Source: Candidatus Uhrbacteria bacterium (GTDB taxonomy: Bacteria; Patescibacteriota; Patescibacteriia; JACRJV01). From it: a stretch of 64,000 nt of DNA. The position numbers and the translations under genes are program-made. Below are positions 9,706 through 18,325 of the stretch, piece by piece. Numbering within the stretch: position 1 is the stretch's first letter; each line of letters begins with the position of its first letter. The DNA lies in NCBI GenBank assembly GCA_016215325.1, contig JACRJV010000026.1, positions 31,955 to 95,954 of the forward strand, given 5' to 3'. The notes beneath the pieces were generated by a model that was not told where the DNA came from, did no database searches, and was given only the letters and a program-made list of their open reading frames with translations.

Positions 9706-10410
9706 ATGTGCTTCTCCCCCAAAGTCACCCTCGCCACATTCGTACTCGAATGGAGCCTTGCAATTTGGGCATGGATCCAATACCGCTACCACCGGTTTGG
9801 CCAACTGGCTATAGCACTGCTTGTGCTGCTCGGGTTCTACCAATGGAGCGAGTATGCGATTTGCCGCGGGTCCAATCCGGTCGACTGGGCGCGGCTGGGG
9901 TTTGCCGCGGTGGGCTTTATGCCGGCCATTGGGCTCCACTTGATTATGCTCTTTGATAAACAAAAACCCGGACGCACGCATGTCGAAACCGTCACGCGCT
10001 ATTTGGTGCCGATCGGATATGCCCTGGCGAGCCTGTGGGCGCTGGTGTTTTGGGTCGAACCCGCTGTGATCCGCTCGGCCACCTGCATGCCAAATTTTAT
10101 CCTGTACGGCAAAAGCATGAGGCCCTACACATGGTTCGGGTATTACTATACGACCCTGATCGCCTGGTCGCTGGTCGCAATGGCAGCGCTGCGCGAACGT
10201 ACCGCCGGTGCTTTGCGGTCGGCGACCAACTGGTTGGCAATTGGGTATCTCTCGTTTATCATCCCCACCTATCTCGTGATCTTTATGTTTCCAAAGATGA
10301 TACCGGGGTTCCCGAGCGTCCTGTGCGGATTTGCCGTGATCCTCGCAATCATTATGGTCAAAAAAGTATTGCCGGAATACGAAAAGACCCATCGGGATAT
10401 GAGGATATAA
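9706..10410 (+). CDS. 7-TM integral membrane protein (receptor-like), unknown function
   Basis: 234-aa ORF with seven hydrophobic helices. The antisense ORF 9676..10392 is His/Arg-rich low complexity, so the plus-strand gene is taken as the real one. Confidence 0.6.
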   Translation: MCFSPKVTLATFVLEWSLAIWAWIQYRYHRFGQLAIALLVLLGFYQWSEYAICRGSNPVDWARLGFAAVGFMPAIGLHLIMLFDKQKPGRTHVETVTRYLVPIGYALASLWALVFWVEPAVIRSATCMPNFILYGKSMRPYTWFGYYYTTLIAWSLVAMAALRERTAGALRSATNWLAIGYLSFIIPTYLVIFMFPKMIPGFPSVLCGFAVILAIIMVKKVLPEYEKTHRDMRI

Positions 10411-10431
10411 GGAGATATGGATATAACAAAC

Positions 10432-10476
10432 CGCTCCAGACCGACCCCCCTCTTGGGTCCAGCCTGGAGCGTTTTT
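10432..10476. terminator. putative bidirectional intrinsic terminator between convergent genes (cgctccag ... ctggagcg stem, TTTTT after; T-rich on the other strand too)
   Basis: 8-bp inverted repeat 10432-10439 / 10464-10471 followed by tttttg on plus and GGTTTGTTATAT on minus. It sits between the stop codons of the 9706..10410 (+) and 10501..12396 (-) genes. Confidence 0.45.
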
Positions 10477-10500
10477 GAATTGGATTCAATGCAAATACGA

Positions 10501-12396
10501 TCACGCGCGCTCGAGCAGCTTGGCAGTCGGGTAGACTCGGAAGAGTTCGTGCTCATCCGGTACGCCCTTGAGGGCCACCGCCCCCATGGCCTCCACTCGG
10601 ATGAGCCCGTCGCGCTTGAGCGCCTGCACGCGCGGGCCCTCTCGGACAGCCTGGGACACGACCACATGGTCACCCAGTTCAAGGTCGACCTTGCCCTCAA
10701 GCCGTGCGGCGAAGTTGACGATCGAATTCATGATGTCAAACTGCCGCACAATGCTCGAGCCCAAGAAAACCGACCCATAGTGGAGCCCGAACCGAGCACG
10801 GAATGGGAGACCGCTTGTGTGGATCTCGTGCTGGGCCTGGAGCCAAGCCAGCACGCCGTCGCTGCGACGCCGAAACAAGGCCATGATGCCGTCGCCGGTG
10901 GTCTTGAGCACTGCCCCGTGGTAGCTCTCGACCCACTTCTCGAGGATGAGCATCGCTCTTCGGACCGTGATCGCCGCCTGGACTTGGTCTTGTGCCAGCG
11001 CCCAGAATGTCGTGGATTTCTCCAAGTCGCAGAAACCCACAGCCCCTGAACCCATCGACAGTCCGGCCACAACTTCCCACGGAAGGCACTCGCTGGGGAA
11101 GTTGTAGCGGAATTCGCCGAGCATGACGAGGTCCAATGCCGAGACCATGTCTACCCGCCAGGCCTCTTGCTCGATCACGACTACGGCTTTCTTGCCGGTA
11201 TAATTGACCAAGCAGAGTGTTTGGCGTGGGTAGGCGATCGAATGCTCTAACTTCACCTGATCTCCACGATGGAGCACCACAGTGAATAGGTCGCCGGGGT
11301 CTGATCCTGCGACGACCTCGAACCGTGATTCGGCCGAACTGCCGAGTACCCGGATCCGGTACCACCCTGATTCCAGTGGCGACGAAAACCGACGCATGAT
11401 TCCGTCGCACGCCACGTCCGGATCCAGCTCGAGCTCGAGCTGGATGTGCTGCGAGTGCATAGGGCTGGACAGACAGTGTGTCGGCTGCTGGGATCTCCGG
11501 GGCTTTGCGATGTTCGGATTCGCTCCGGCGACCACTTCCAGTGTCTGATGGAGTGTGAGCGGGTAACGCGCCGCGCACGACTCGCAAGGAACAACCGGGT
11601 TGATGGCCTTGAACGTTGTCTTGGTCTCCTTCACCCCACGACAACTCTGACAGATGCTGTCGTAGTGGATAGTGACCAAATCGCGCGTTGCCATCAGCAC
11701 GAGCGCTTTGAGCACAGCGTGCCAATCCAAGCCCTGAGCTTGCGCCCGCTCGCGTGGCCGAATGGTTTCGTAGGTCTCGAGCCATTCAACAATTGTATCC
11801 CAGAGCTTCGGCTCGATCTTCTGTTGCTCGATCACAAGCGCTTGTCGGGCCGCGGCGATCTTCTTTGCAGCGCCCCACCGCAACTTGCGGTGCTTGGGTG
11901 GCGAGGGCCGGCTGTTGATCTGCCAGTCGTAGATCCAGAACTGGATCTTGAACCGCAAGAGCACCACGCGCAGAAGCAGCCACCCAACCAGCCACAACAG
12001 GACGTTGGGCTGGTGGCACTCAAGTTGGTACTTGAGCAAGCTCCTGCACTTGGGCCGATCGGCGTTGTAGGGAAACCCCGTTAACTGCATCCGGGCCGTG
12101 AACATCTTTGCCCAGAGGATCGGAATGAACCAGAACAAGTAGACTGTGAAATCCTCCCGTCGGAACAAGAAGTACTGCTCACTCACCCACTCGGCTTTGC
12201 GCTCGACCCACTCGACGCGCAAGAACCGGCCGATGATCTTCTGGACCACGAGCGGCTCGAAGCCGACCCCTCGCTCGATCTTCTGGATGCCGTTGTCCTG
12301 GTTGAACTGCTCAGTGTCGGCCGACTTTGGCCAGAACATCCCGACCGTGGACCACAGCCATACCTGGATGGATGCCGAGATTTTTGTCGTGGACAT
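10501..12396 (-). CDS. membrane-anchored class III nucleotidyl (adenylate/guanylate) cyclase with central CxxC...CxxC zinc-ribbon-like segment; high-GC, probably horizontally acquired
   Basis: C-terminal catalytic domain motifs: FCDLEKSTTFW (metal Asp), AVLKTTGDGIMALF (second Asp and substrate Lys), NSIVNFAARLE (Asn/Arg). The N-terminus has about three TM helices. GC is about 60% with GC3-rich codons (GTC/GAC/CTC/AAG), against roughly 53% in the flanking DNA. Confidence 0.75.
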   Translation of the reverse strand: MSTTKISASIQVWLWSTVGMFWPKSADTEQFNQDNGIQKIERGVGFEPLVVQKIIGRFLRVEWVERKAEWVSEQYFLFRREDFTVYLFWFIPILWAKMFTARMQLTGFPYNADRPKCRSLLKYQLECHQPNVLLWLVGWLLLRVVLLRFKIQFWIYDWQINSRPSPPKHRKLRWGAAKKIAAARQALVIEQQKIEPKLWDTIVEWLETYETIRPRERAQAQGLDWHAVLKALVLMATRDLVTIHYDSICQSCRGVKETKTTFKAINPVVPCESCAARYPLTLHQTLEVVAGANPNIAKPRRSQQPTHCLSSPMHSQHIQLELELDPDVACDGIMRRFSSPLESGWYRIRVLGSSAESRFEVVAGSDPGDLFTVVLHRGDQVKLEHSIAYPRQTLCLVNYTGKKAVVVIEQEAWRVDMVSALDLVMLGEFRYNFPSECLPWEVVAGLSMGSGAVGFCDLEKSTTFWALAQDQVQAAITVRRAMLILEKWVESYHGAVLKTTGDGIMALFRRRSDGVLAWLQAQHEIHTSGLPFRARFGLHYGSVFLGSSIVRQFDIMNSIVNFAARLEGKVDLELGDHVVVSQAVREGPRVQALKRDGLIRVEAMGAVALKGVPDEHELFRVYPTAKLLERA

Positions 12397-12534
12397 CGTT
12401 GTCCTTCCTTCCCGCGGTCTCCCGCGAAATCGATGTGAACATTTCTAAAATCAAGGTGCTCAACGACACTCAGAAACCCCGCCGGCAATGCCGCCAGCGA
12501 AGCAAATGTTTATACCACAAAAATAACACCAGCG

Positions 12535-13185
12535 TCAACCATTGCGCCACCCGAAGAGCGGATCCAGTCTGGCAAGAACGGCTTGATGGGTCTTGCGCGT
12601 TTGCGCTTGTGAATCCCCTGGGATCTTTACCTCTGCGTAGCGGTGCGTCCATCCATCGCCGACATAGTGGGAGAGCCGATCCCCTGCGCCCACAAAGAGG
12701 TTGATGCGGATGCCGGGGAATCGCGCTTCGATTGCCTGTACTTGCTCGGGTGTGGGAACGCTGGCAACAACCGCGTCTTCATGCTGGCGCAAGATAAAGC
12801 AAATACACACAGTGGGCCGCCCTTGTTTGCGAGCGATCCTGCGCACCGCTCGCTTGCCCACCGCGACCTCCAGTGCGGCATGGAATGGATGATGGCCGGT
12901 TACGGAATCAATCAAGTACATAAACTGCTGGCTCACCCGGCTGTTGATCTCAATAATCTTAATCAAACCCGTCGTGGGATTACACTTGAGTTCGACATCA
13001 AACAGCGTGTTGTCTAATCCCAGAGCTTGGACGAGTTTGCGCACAACGGTTTCGAGTTTACGCCGGAACGCTCGCTTGTGTTGGTAGTATGGATAATGGA
13101 AGCTTTCAAAACTGAGCGTGCCAGGGATAAACTCAGACCGTGTGATACCAAAAAAAAGAAACGTAGCCAGCAGCGACAAACCCAT
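12535..13185 (-). CDS. ATP-grasp domain protein, C-terminal half only (possible N-terminally truncated remnant)
   Basis: IIEINSR ATP-grasp C-terminal motif. At 216 aa it lacks the N-terminal ATP-binding subdomain. No in-frame extension is possible because of an upstream stop. Confidence 0.45.
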   Translation of the reverse strand: MGLSLLATFLFFGITRSEFIPGTLSFESFHYPYYQHKRAFRRKLETVVRKLVQALGLDNTLFDVELKCNPTTGLIKIIEINSRVSQQFMYLIDSVTGHHPFHAALEVAVGKRAVRRIARKQGRPTVCICFILRQHEDAVVASVPTPEQVQAIEARFPGIRINLFVGAGDRLSHYVGDGWTHRYAEVKIPGDSQAQTRKTHQAVLARLDPLFGWRNG

Positions 13186-13265
13186 CCACAGTCACTTGAT
13201 CCGACGCCTCGATGTACTCTTCGGCCAATAAAATATTTTGGAATTCTTGGTATACTGATTCCTGT

Positions 13266-15071
13266 ATGCGATCGTTTATCCCCATCCGGGATTATCTGTT
13301 CATCGGCGACCTCTATTCGGCGGCCCTTGTTTCCAATACCGGATCCATCGACTGGCTTTGCTGGCCGAACTTCGACTCCCCGAGTCTGTTTGGGAAGCTG
13401 CTGGACAACGAACGTGGCGGCCGATTCGCCTTGGACCACCCGCAAGCGAACATCCAAACGCAGTACCTGGGCGATACGGCAGTGCTGGAACATATCGTGG
13501 ATGATCCAACGACCGGGTCGTTCCTTGTGCATGATTGTATGCTGCCGCAGCCCATCCAGCAATGCCCGAGCCACCTCCTTTGCCGCAACGTACAGACGCT
13601 CCATCAAGAGGCGCTCGTCCGTTTTGTCTTTGACCCACGACCAAACTTTGGGCAAGAGCATCCGGTTATGCAACAAGAACAGGACCGCCTTCGTTTTATG
13701 GATGGCCAAACGATGGTCGATCTCATCCTTCCCCCTATGGCAGAGGTGCGACAACAACCCAGTGGTTCATGGGGGATCACTCTGCCCTTGTCCGCACATC
13801 AACGATGCGCACTGGTCCTGGAATACCGTGATCACTCCCCATTTTCCTGCTATACCGGGCAAGATATCGAATCAGAAACAACAGAGTTTTGGCAGCAATG
13901 GGTGGCGCGCGGCCGTTACCCAACTTCGCGGCGCGCACAACTCGTCCGCAGCGCAATCACGCTCAAGCTCATGCAATATTACCCTACCGGCGCCCTTGTT
14001 GCCGCGCCCACCACGTCGTTGCCGGAATGTATCGGCGGGGGGCGGAATTGGGATTACCGCTATGTATGGATCCGTGATGCGACATCCACGATCTATGCAT
14101 TCTTAACGCTTGGGCATACCGAAGAAGCTAAACACTTCCTCCAATACATGGAGCGGGTCTTGCGTAAAGAACGAGATTGGAATCTGGATGTCATCTATAC
14201 GATTGAAGGGAACCGAGCACCCACAGAAAAAATCCTGGACCATTTGAGCGGATATCAGGATTCAGTCCCCGTGCGCGAAGGCAACGCCGCAACAGAACAA
14301 TTCCAACTCGATGTCTACGGCGCGCTCATTGACGCGATCTATTATTCGATTCGCAACGGCATTGAGCTCACCGATAATACGCGCTCCATGCTGTTGCGCC
14401 TGGCAGAACACATCCGCACGAAATGGCAACAACCGGACCATGGGTTCTGGGAAGCGCGCATCGGACCGCAACAGTATACCTACAGCAAGGTGATGTGCTG
14501 GGTAGGGATCGACCGCATCCTTCGACTCAACACGGAATTACAGTTAGACGCGAACCAGCAGGAGCAGTTCCATCAATTGCTCGAGACAATCCGACAATGG
14601 ATCTATACCCATTGTTTTGATGCACGCCGCAATATCTTCTATCAATTCGCCGGGGCACTTCACCATGATGCAACAACCATCTTGTTTGTCCTGCTGCAAT
14701 TCCTGGACCGATCGGATCCGCTGACGCGGTCCACAATCGAAGCCACTCGCAACGAACTAACATCCAACAATATTCTGCTGTATCGCTACCATGCTGATGA
14801 CGGAATAGAGGGCAACGAAGGGGTATTTTTGCTGCCCACGTTTTGGTTGATTTCGGCGCTATGCGTGTTGGGCGATACCGACCAAGCCGAGGCGCTCTTG
14901 CGATGGTTTGAAGGGATATTACCCGCGTCTGGCCTTATGGCAGAAGAAATGGAACCCACCACACAGGAATACCTCGGCAACTTCCCGCAGGCCTTCTCCC
15001 ATATCGGGTACATCATGGCGGCATCGTATATCCAGCGGTACCGGAATCGCGCCTCATCCCCTGACCGTTAA
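13266..15071 (+). CDS. glycoside hydrolase family 15 (glucoamylase/trehalase-like) protein (ORF from 13212)
   Basis: N-terminus IRDYLFIGDLYSAALVSNTGSIDWLCWPNFDSPSLF and the YRYVWIRDATSTIYAF catalytic motif are typical of GH15. Confidence 0.8.
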   Translation: MRSFIPIRDYLFIGDLYSAALVSNTGSIDWLCWPNFDSPSLFGKLLDNERGGRFALDHPQANIQTQYLGDTAVLEHIVDDPTTGSFLVHDCMLPQPIQQCPSHLLCRNVQTLHQEALVRFVFDPRPNFGQEHPVMQQEQDRLRFMDGQTMVDLILPPMAEVRQQPSGSWGITLPLSAHQRCALVLEYRDHSPFSCYTGQDIESETTEFWQQWVARGRYPTSRRAQLVRSAITLKLMQYYPTGALVAAPTTSLPECIGGGRNWDYRYVWIRDATSTIYAFLTLGHTEEAKHFLQYMERVLRKERDWNLDVIYTIEGNRAPTEKILDHLSGYQDSVPVREGNAATEQFQLDVYGALIDAIYYSIRNGIELTDNTRSMLLRLAEHIRTKWQQPDHGFWEARIGPQQYTYSKVMCWVGIDRILRLNTELQLDANQQEQFHQLLETIRQWIYTHCFDARRNIFYQFAGALHHDATTILFVLLQFLDRSDPLTRSTIEATRNELTSNNILLYRYHADDGIEGNEGVFLLPTFWLISALCVLGDTDQAEALLRWFEGILPASGLMAEEMEPTTQEYLGNFPQAFSHIGYIMAASYIQRYRNRASSPDR

Positions 15072-15787
15072 AATGCCAAATAGTCTTTCCAGCGCCGGTA
15101 CAATTCTCGGGTTGCTACAAGATCGCGCGTATTGTATCGGGCAATATCCAGATAGCGCCCTTGCTGAAAAAGTCGCTTCACATCATTGCCGGTGATCCCC
15201 TCTTCTTTCGGGCTGGCAATCCCGAACGCCCGACACCACAGGTGGAGGTTTGACTTGCGCCGCACGGCACCATTGAAGGTAAGCTGTTCTAAGAGATCCA
15301 CATGACGCGCGCCGGATTTTTGGCTAGAAAGGTAGCGATTGTTCATAAAATCCTTGCTCACCCGCACTCCATGGATTGCGGAACGGATCATAAGGAAAGG
15401 CAGATCAAAACACCGGCCATTGAATGTGACGATTTCTTGGTATTGGAGCACGCCTTTCCAGAACAACGCGAGCATATCTTTCTCGCTCATGCACTTAAAG
15501 GTGAATTTCCCCTCGACAAACTCCTCCTGCCCCCCGGCATCGCCCAGCGGCGCTTGATAGTAAACAACGCCATGATCCTTGGCATCGTCCATTACCCCAA
15601 TCGCCACAATCTGGCCAGTGACGGACGAAAACCCCAGGCCATCCTTAAGCATCTGCAATTCTTTTTGTTGACGTTCGGGCGGGAACCCTTCTTCCTCGAT
15701 CCAGCGCGTGAGCATCGCCTGCGACGTCGAATCCATCGCATCAAAATCCTCCCCCACAGTTTCGATGTCGATGATGAGAGCAGACAT
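15068..15787 (-). CDS. RNase H-like 3'-5' exonuclease (PolB-exo-related DEDD family)
   Basis: IIDIETVGEDFD Exo I motif at the N-terminus; 239 aa. Confidence 0.55.
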   Translation of the reverse strand: MSALIIDIETVGEDFDAMDSTSQAMLTRWIEEEGFPPERQQKELQMLKDGLGFSSVTGQIVAIGVMDDAKDHGVVYYQAPLGDAGGQEEFVEGKFTFKCMSEKDMLALFWKGVLQYQEIVTFNGRCFDLPFLMIRSAIHGVRVSKDFMNNRYLSSQKSGARHVDLLEQLTFNGAVRRKSNLHLWCRAFGIASPKEEGITGNDVKRLFQQGRYLDIARYNTRDLVATRELYRRWKDYLAF

Positions 15788-15812
15788 ATGGTTGAGCTTT
15801 TTTATAGGTGAT

Positions 15813-16328
15813 TCAATAATTTAATACCCAAATAGCGGAATTGAGGTACATCGCGAAGCTCACCCAAAGAATATACGGCACGAGGAGTAATGCTGCTGGC
15901 TTTGAGATGTTGTAGAAAAAGATGATCGTTGCAAGGATGGCAACCCAGAGGAACACAATCTCGATCAAGGCGCCGCCGGGGCTGCGCAGACCAAAGAATA
16001 TAATGGACCAAAGGGAATTCAAGATCAGCTGTACAAAAAAGACCGTGATACTAATTTTCCGCCAACGCAACATGCCAATATACTCCAGTTTGTTGGTATG
16101 TTGGTTCCAGACGAAAAAGAACGCGCCCCCAATCAATGCGTAAAGTGTAATCCACACTGGACCAAACACCCACGCGGGAGGGTTAAGGGCCGGCTTCATG
16201 AGCGCCGCATACCATCCGGTAATGGACGGCGTCGTAAAGACCGAGCCAATAATCCCGGCCAACTCTGAAACGCCAATGGATATAATGAGCTTGGATGTAG
16301 TGCTAATCTTCATATCTCTATTTTTCAA
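15813..16328 (-). CDS. tspO: tryptophan-rich sensory protein TspO/MBR
   Basis: WYAALMKPALNPPAWVFGPVWITLYALIGGAFF is the canonical TspO N-terminal signature; five TM helices; 171 aa. Confidence 0.85.
   Translation of the reverse strand: MKNRDMKISTTSKLIISIGVSELAGIIGSVFTTPSITGWYAALMKPALNPPAWVFGPVWITLYALIGGAFFFVWNQHTNKLEYIGMLRWRKISITVFFVQLILNSLWSIIFFGLRSPGGALIEIVFLWVAILATIIFFYNISKPAALLLVPYILWVSFAMYLNSAIWVLNY
16068..16104. repeat. hairpin-forming repeat copy A (caacatgccaa-N13-ttggtatgttgg) embedded in the tspO coding sequence
   Basis: Near-identical to 17341..17373 and inverted relative to 16972..17005. The arms are reverse complements of each other. Confidence 0.6.
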
Positions 16329-16337
16329 CGCGGAAAA

Positions 16338-16892
16338 TTATTTCCCCTTCTTGGTATGCCCGAGAATAGCGGCGAGCCAACGATCGGACCACCTCCAGTG
16401 ACGCGCCGAATCTAAGAATAGCATAGCGGCGAAACCGTATCCAACCGTACTCCCAAAGCGTTCGACGATAAAATCTAAAACCCCAGATATGGGGATGAGT
16501 CGAAACAACACATAGAACGCTACGACGATAAAATACAACCACACACCACTAACAACATAAAAAAATCCTTTCAATAACGAAACGCCGATATGGTTCCACA
16601 ACCATACGAAGGATGTCTCTATGGTGGTGGATAGTCTCGGAGTAGTACCGCGCCATCGCTCTACCAGTGTTGCCGGTATGAAGAATAGAGCAAAAATCAG
16701 TAATGCGCCTTGAATACCCCAATACAACAAAAAGAACGACCGCGCGACAGACTCCGCTGTATGAGGGACACCCAACCAGCCCAATACCATTAAATCAACG
16801 TCAACCGGGGGAATAAAAGCTCGCGCGATGAGTAAAAACGCAACGCAATGAAGTATCCAGTAACGAAGGGCGAGCATACGGGATAATGACAA
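16338..16892 (-). CDS. hypothetical membrane protein
   Basis: 184-aa ORF with multiple TM helices. Confidence 0.5.
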   Translation of the reverse strand: MSLSRMLALRYWILHCVAFLLIARAFIPPVDVDLMVLGWLGVPHTAESVARSFFLLYWGIQGALLIFALFFIPATLVERWRGTTPRLSTTIETSFVWLWNHIGVSLLKGFFYVVSGVWLYFIVVAFYVLFRLIPISGVLDFIVERFGSTVGYGFAAMLFLDSARHWRWSDRWLAAILGHTKKGK

Positions 16893-16971
16893 ACAATTGA
16901 TATATGCTGATCCACGTGAGTTGGATTTCCATCAGGATCCACCACAATTACATAGTATTTCAACTACTGAA

Positions 16972-17005
16972 GCACCAACAAACTGGAGTGTGTTGGTATA
17001 TTTTT
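16972..17005. repeat. hairpin-forming repeat copy C (inverted orientation), immediately downstream of the arsR-family gene; followed by a T-run on the plus strand
   Basis: caccaacaaactggagtgtgttggtatatttttt: the core aaactggagtRtRttgg matches the reverse complement of copies A and B. Confidence 0.55.
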
Positions 17006-17015
17006 TGGGATAGCA

Positions 17016-17294
17016 TTAACCGAAGGTTTTTAAGAACTTCACGCATTGCCTGCCATAGGGTGAAAGTACGTGCTGGACGCTCCGGCCTTTATACTTCTTG
17101 TCGACCAGTCCTGCGCGATGCAATCGCCGAGCATGCTCGCCGATGGTTTTTTCATTAGCGCCCAGCTCGTCAACAATGTGTTCCAGTGTTATGCCACTAT
17201 TTCTATCAATACACAAAAGAATTTCGATCCGCCAATGATTCGCGATTCCCTTCAGGTGGCGTTCCAATTGTTGAGCGGTTTTTGGCTTCGGCAT
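17016..17294 (-). CDS. ArsR/SmtB family winged-helix transcriptional regulator
   Basis: 92-aa ORF. HTH region ITLEHIVDELGANEKTIGEHARRLHRAGLV is typical of ArsR. Confidence 0.75.
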   Translation of the reverse strand: MPKPKTAQQLERHLKGIANHWRIEILLCIDRNSGITLEHIVDELGANEKTIGEHARRLHRAGLVDKKYKGRSVQHVLSPYGRQCVKFLKTFG

Positions 17295-17340
17295 AGCGGA
17301 CTATATAAGCGGCCAAAATCATCGTACTCTTATCCTACCA

Positions 17341-17373
17341 CAACATACCAACATACTCCAGTTTATTGGCAAG
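17341..17373. repeat. hairpin-forming repeat copy B in the promoter region of the arsR-family gene; its reverse-complement reading includes NKLEYVGMLW*, which mimics the tspO segment NKLEYIGMLRW
   Basis: caacataccaacatactccagtttattggcaag has about 28/32 identity to 16068..16100. Confidence 0.55.
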
Positions 17374-17571
17374 TTGAGTAGGGTCTGAAATGAACCAATT
17401 ATTTGGATTTGAATGAGATTTCCGCCGGTATTGTCAGAACGAGCTATGATTACATTCTCCACTACCTTTGTCGGCTCCACGATGAATTTTACACCCAGCG
17501 CTTTGAGCCGTTCATACTCTACTACCTGCTCCTTGCGACAAATAATCGATCCCGTCTCCGTTGCCCCCTTC

Positions 17572-18249
17572 TTACGGTGACGAAGAAATGGCGTACCCCA
17601 AAATTACGGCAATAATTATTCCGGCAATGACAAACGTCCAAAAATCATTGGACGCTGTATTGAGTTTTTTGAGAGAAAGCTGCTTAAGATTGGCGGTGAT
17701 CACCCGACCGACCGCATCCTCAACTTCCGGCTCTGCTACCACAATAATAGACCGTAACGCCGGCAAATAGGTCCAATATCCCCACGGCTTAACGAGCTGA
17801 TAGATCGTGCCAAACACCGCTCGGGACTTCGCCATCGCAGATTCCATTTGATGAGGGGCAACGAATGTTCTTCCCCGCCCAAAACTGGCGGGAACCTCGG
17901 CGGCCACCTGCTGTGTGATCAGATATCCGGCAAAATCGCTCCAACCGTATTTCTTTGTCGAGGTACGGCGGACGACGGTAATTCCTTGTTCTGTGAGAAT
18001 ATAGCGATGCGGTAACGTAGAGTAATCCCAAAGAATATACAACAGGATGAGAACTTGGATGCCAAAAAGCGCTACGCCTCCCGCGTACACGGCCGTCCAT
18101 CCCCCTTGTATCGATAAGAGCAGCAATCCACCCATGTTAGCGGCAACAATAATCGGCATCATCACCGGCAAATACTGACGATACCGATCCCGCCATTCTG
18201 CCTTAGTAATTTCCCACTCAATAATCGGTGGAGGAGTTTTCATACTCAT
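17572..18249 (-). CDS. hypothetical membrane protein
   Basis: 225-aa ORF with TM helices. Confidence 0.5.
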   Translation of the reverse strand: MSMKTPPPIIEWEITKAEWRDRYRQYLPVMMPIIVAANMGGLLLLSIQGGWTAVYAGGVALFGIQVLILLYILWDYSTLPHRYILTEQGITVVRRTSTKKYGWSDFAGYLITQQVAAEVPASFGRGRTFVAPHQMESAMAKSRAVFGTIYQLVKPWGYWTYLPALRSIIVVAEPEVEDAVGRVITANLKQLSLKKLNTASNDFWTFVIAGIIIAVILGYAISSSP

Positions 18250-18256
18250 AGAGCTT

Positions 18257-18311
18257 ACGCATTTGGGTCTGGTTATATACCCTGGCTTTTCCAGGGATGA
18301 CCCAAATGCGT
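18257..18311. repeat. nested inverted repeat (acgcatttgggtc ... gacccaaatgcgt enclosing ccctgg-cttttc-ccaggg) in the intergenic spacer
   Basis: Read directly: 13-bp outer arms and 6-bp inner hairpin. Confidence 0.55.
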
Positions 18312-18325
18312 GAATCCTAACAATG

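Noticed and set aside
9676-10392. 238-aa minus-strand ORF antisense to the 7TM gene
   Set aside because: His/Arg/Asp-rich, non-protein-like composition. The plus-strand frame gives a coherent seven-helix membrane protein.
10736-12084. Long ORFs overlapping the cyclase gene (10736..11785 minus strand, 349 aa; 11446..12084 plus strand, 212 aa)
   Set aside because: Arg/Gly/Pro-rich low-complexity translations, typical of alternative frames in high-GC DNA. The cyclase frame carries clear catalytic motifs.
10501-12396. Pycsar-like (cyclase plus effector) antiphage system
   Set aside because: No TIR-, TM-effector- or cNMP-binding-domain gene is encoded next to the cyclase. The neighbour is convergent and of native composition. 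It is kept only as a low-probability alternative inside the cyclase finding.
13014-14106. ORFs 13014..13757 (minus) and 13027..14106 (plus) overlapping the GH15 gene
   Set aside because: The GH15 frame has unmistakable family motifs. The others are alternative-frame artefacts.
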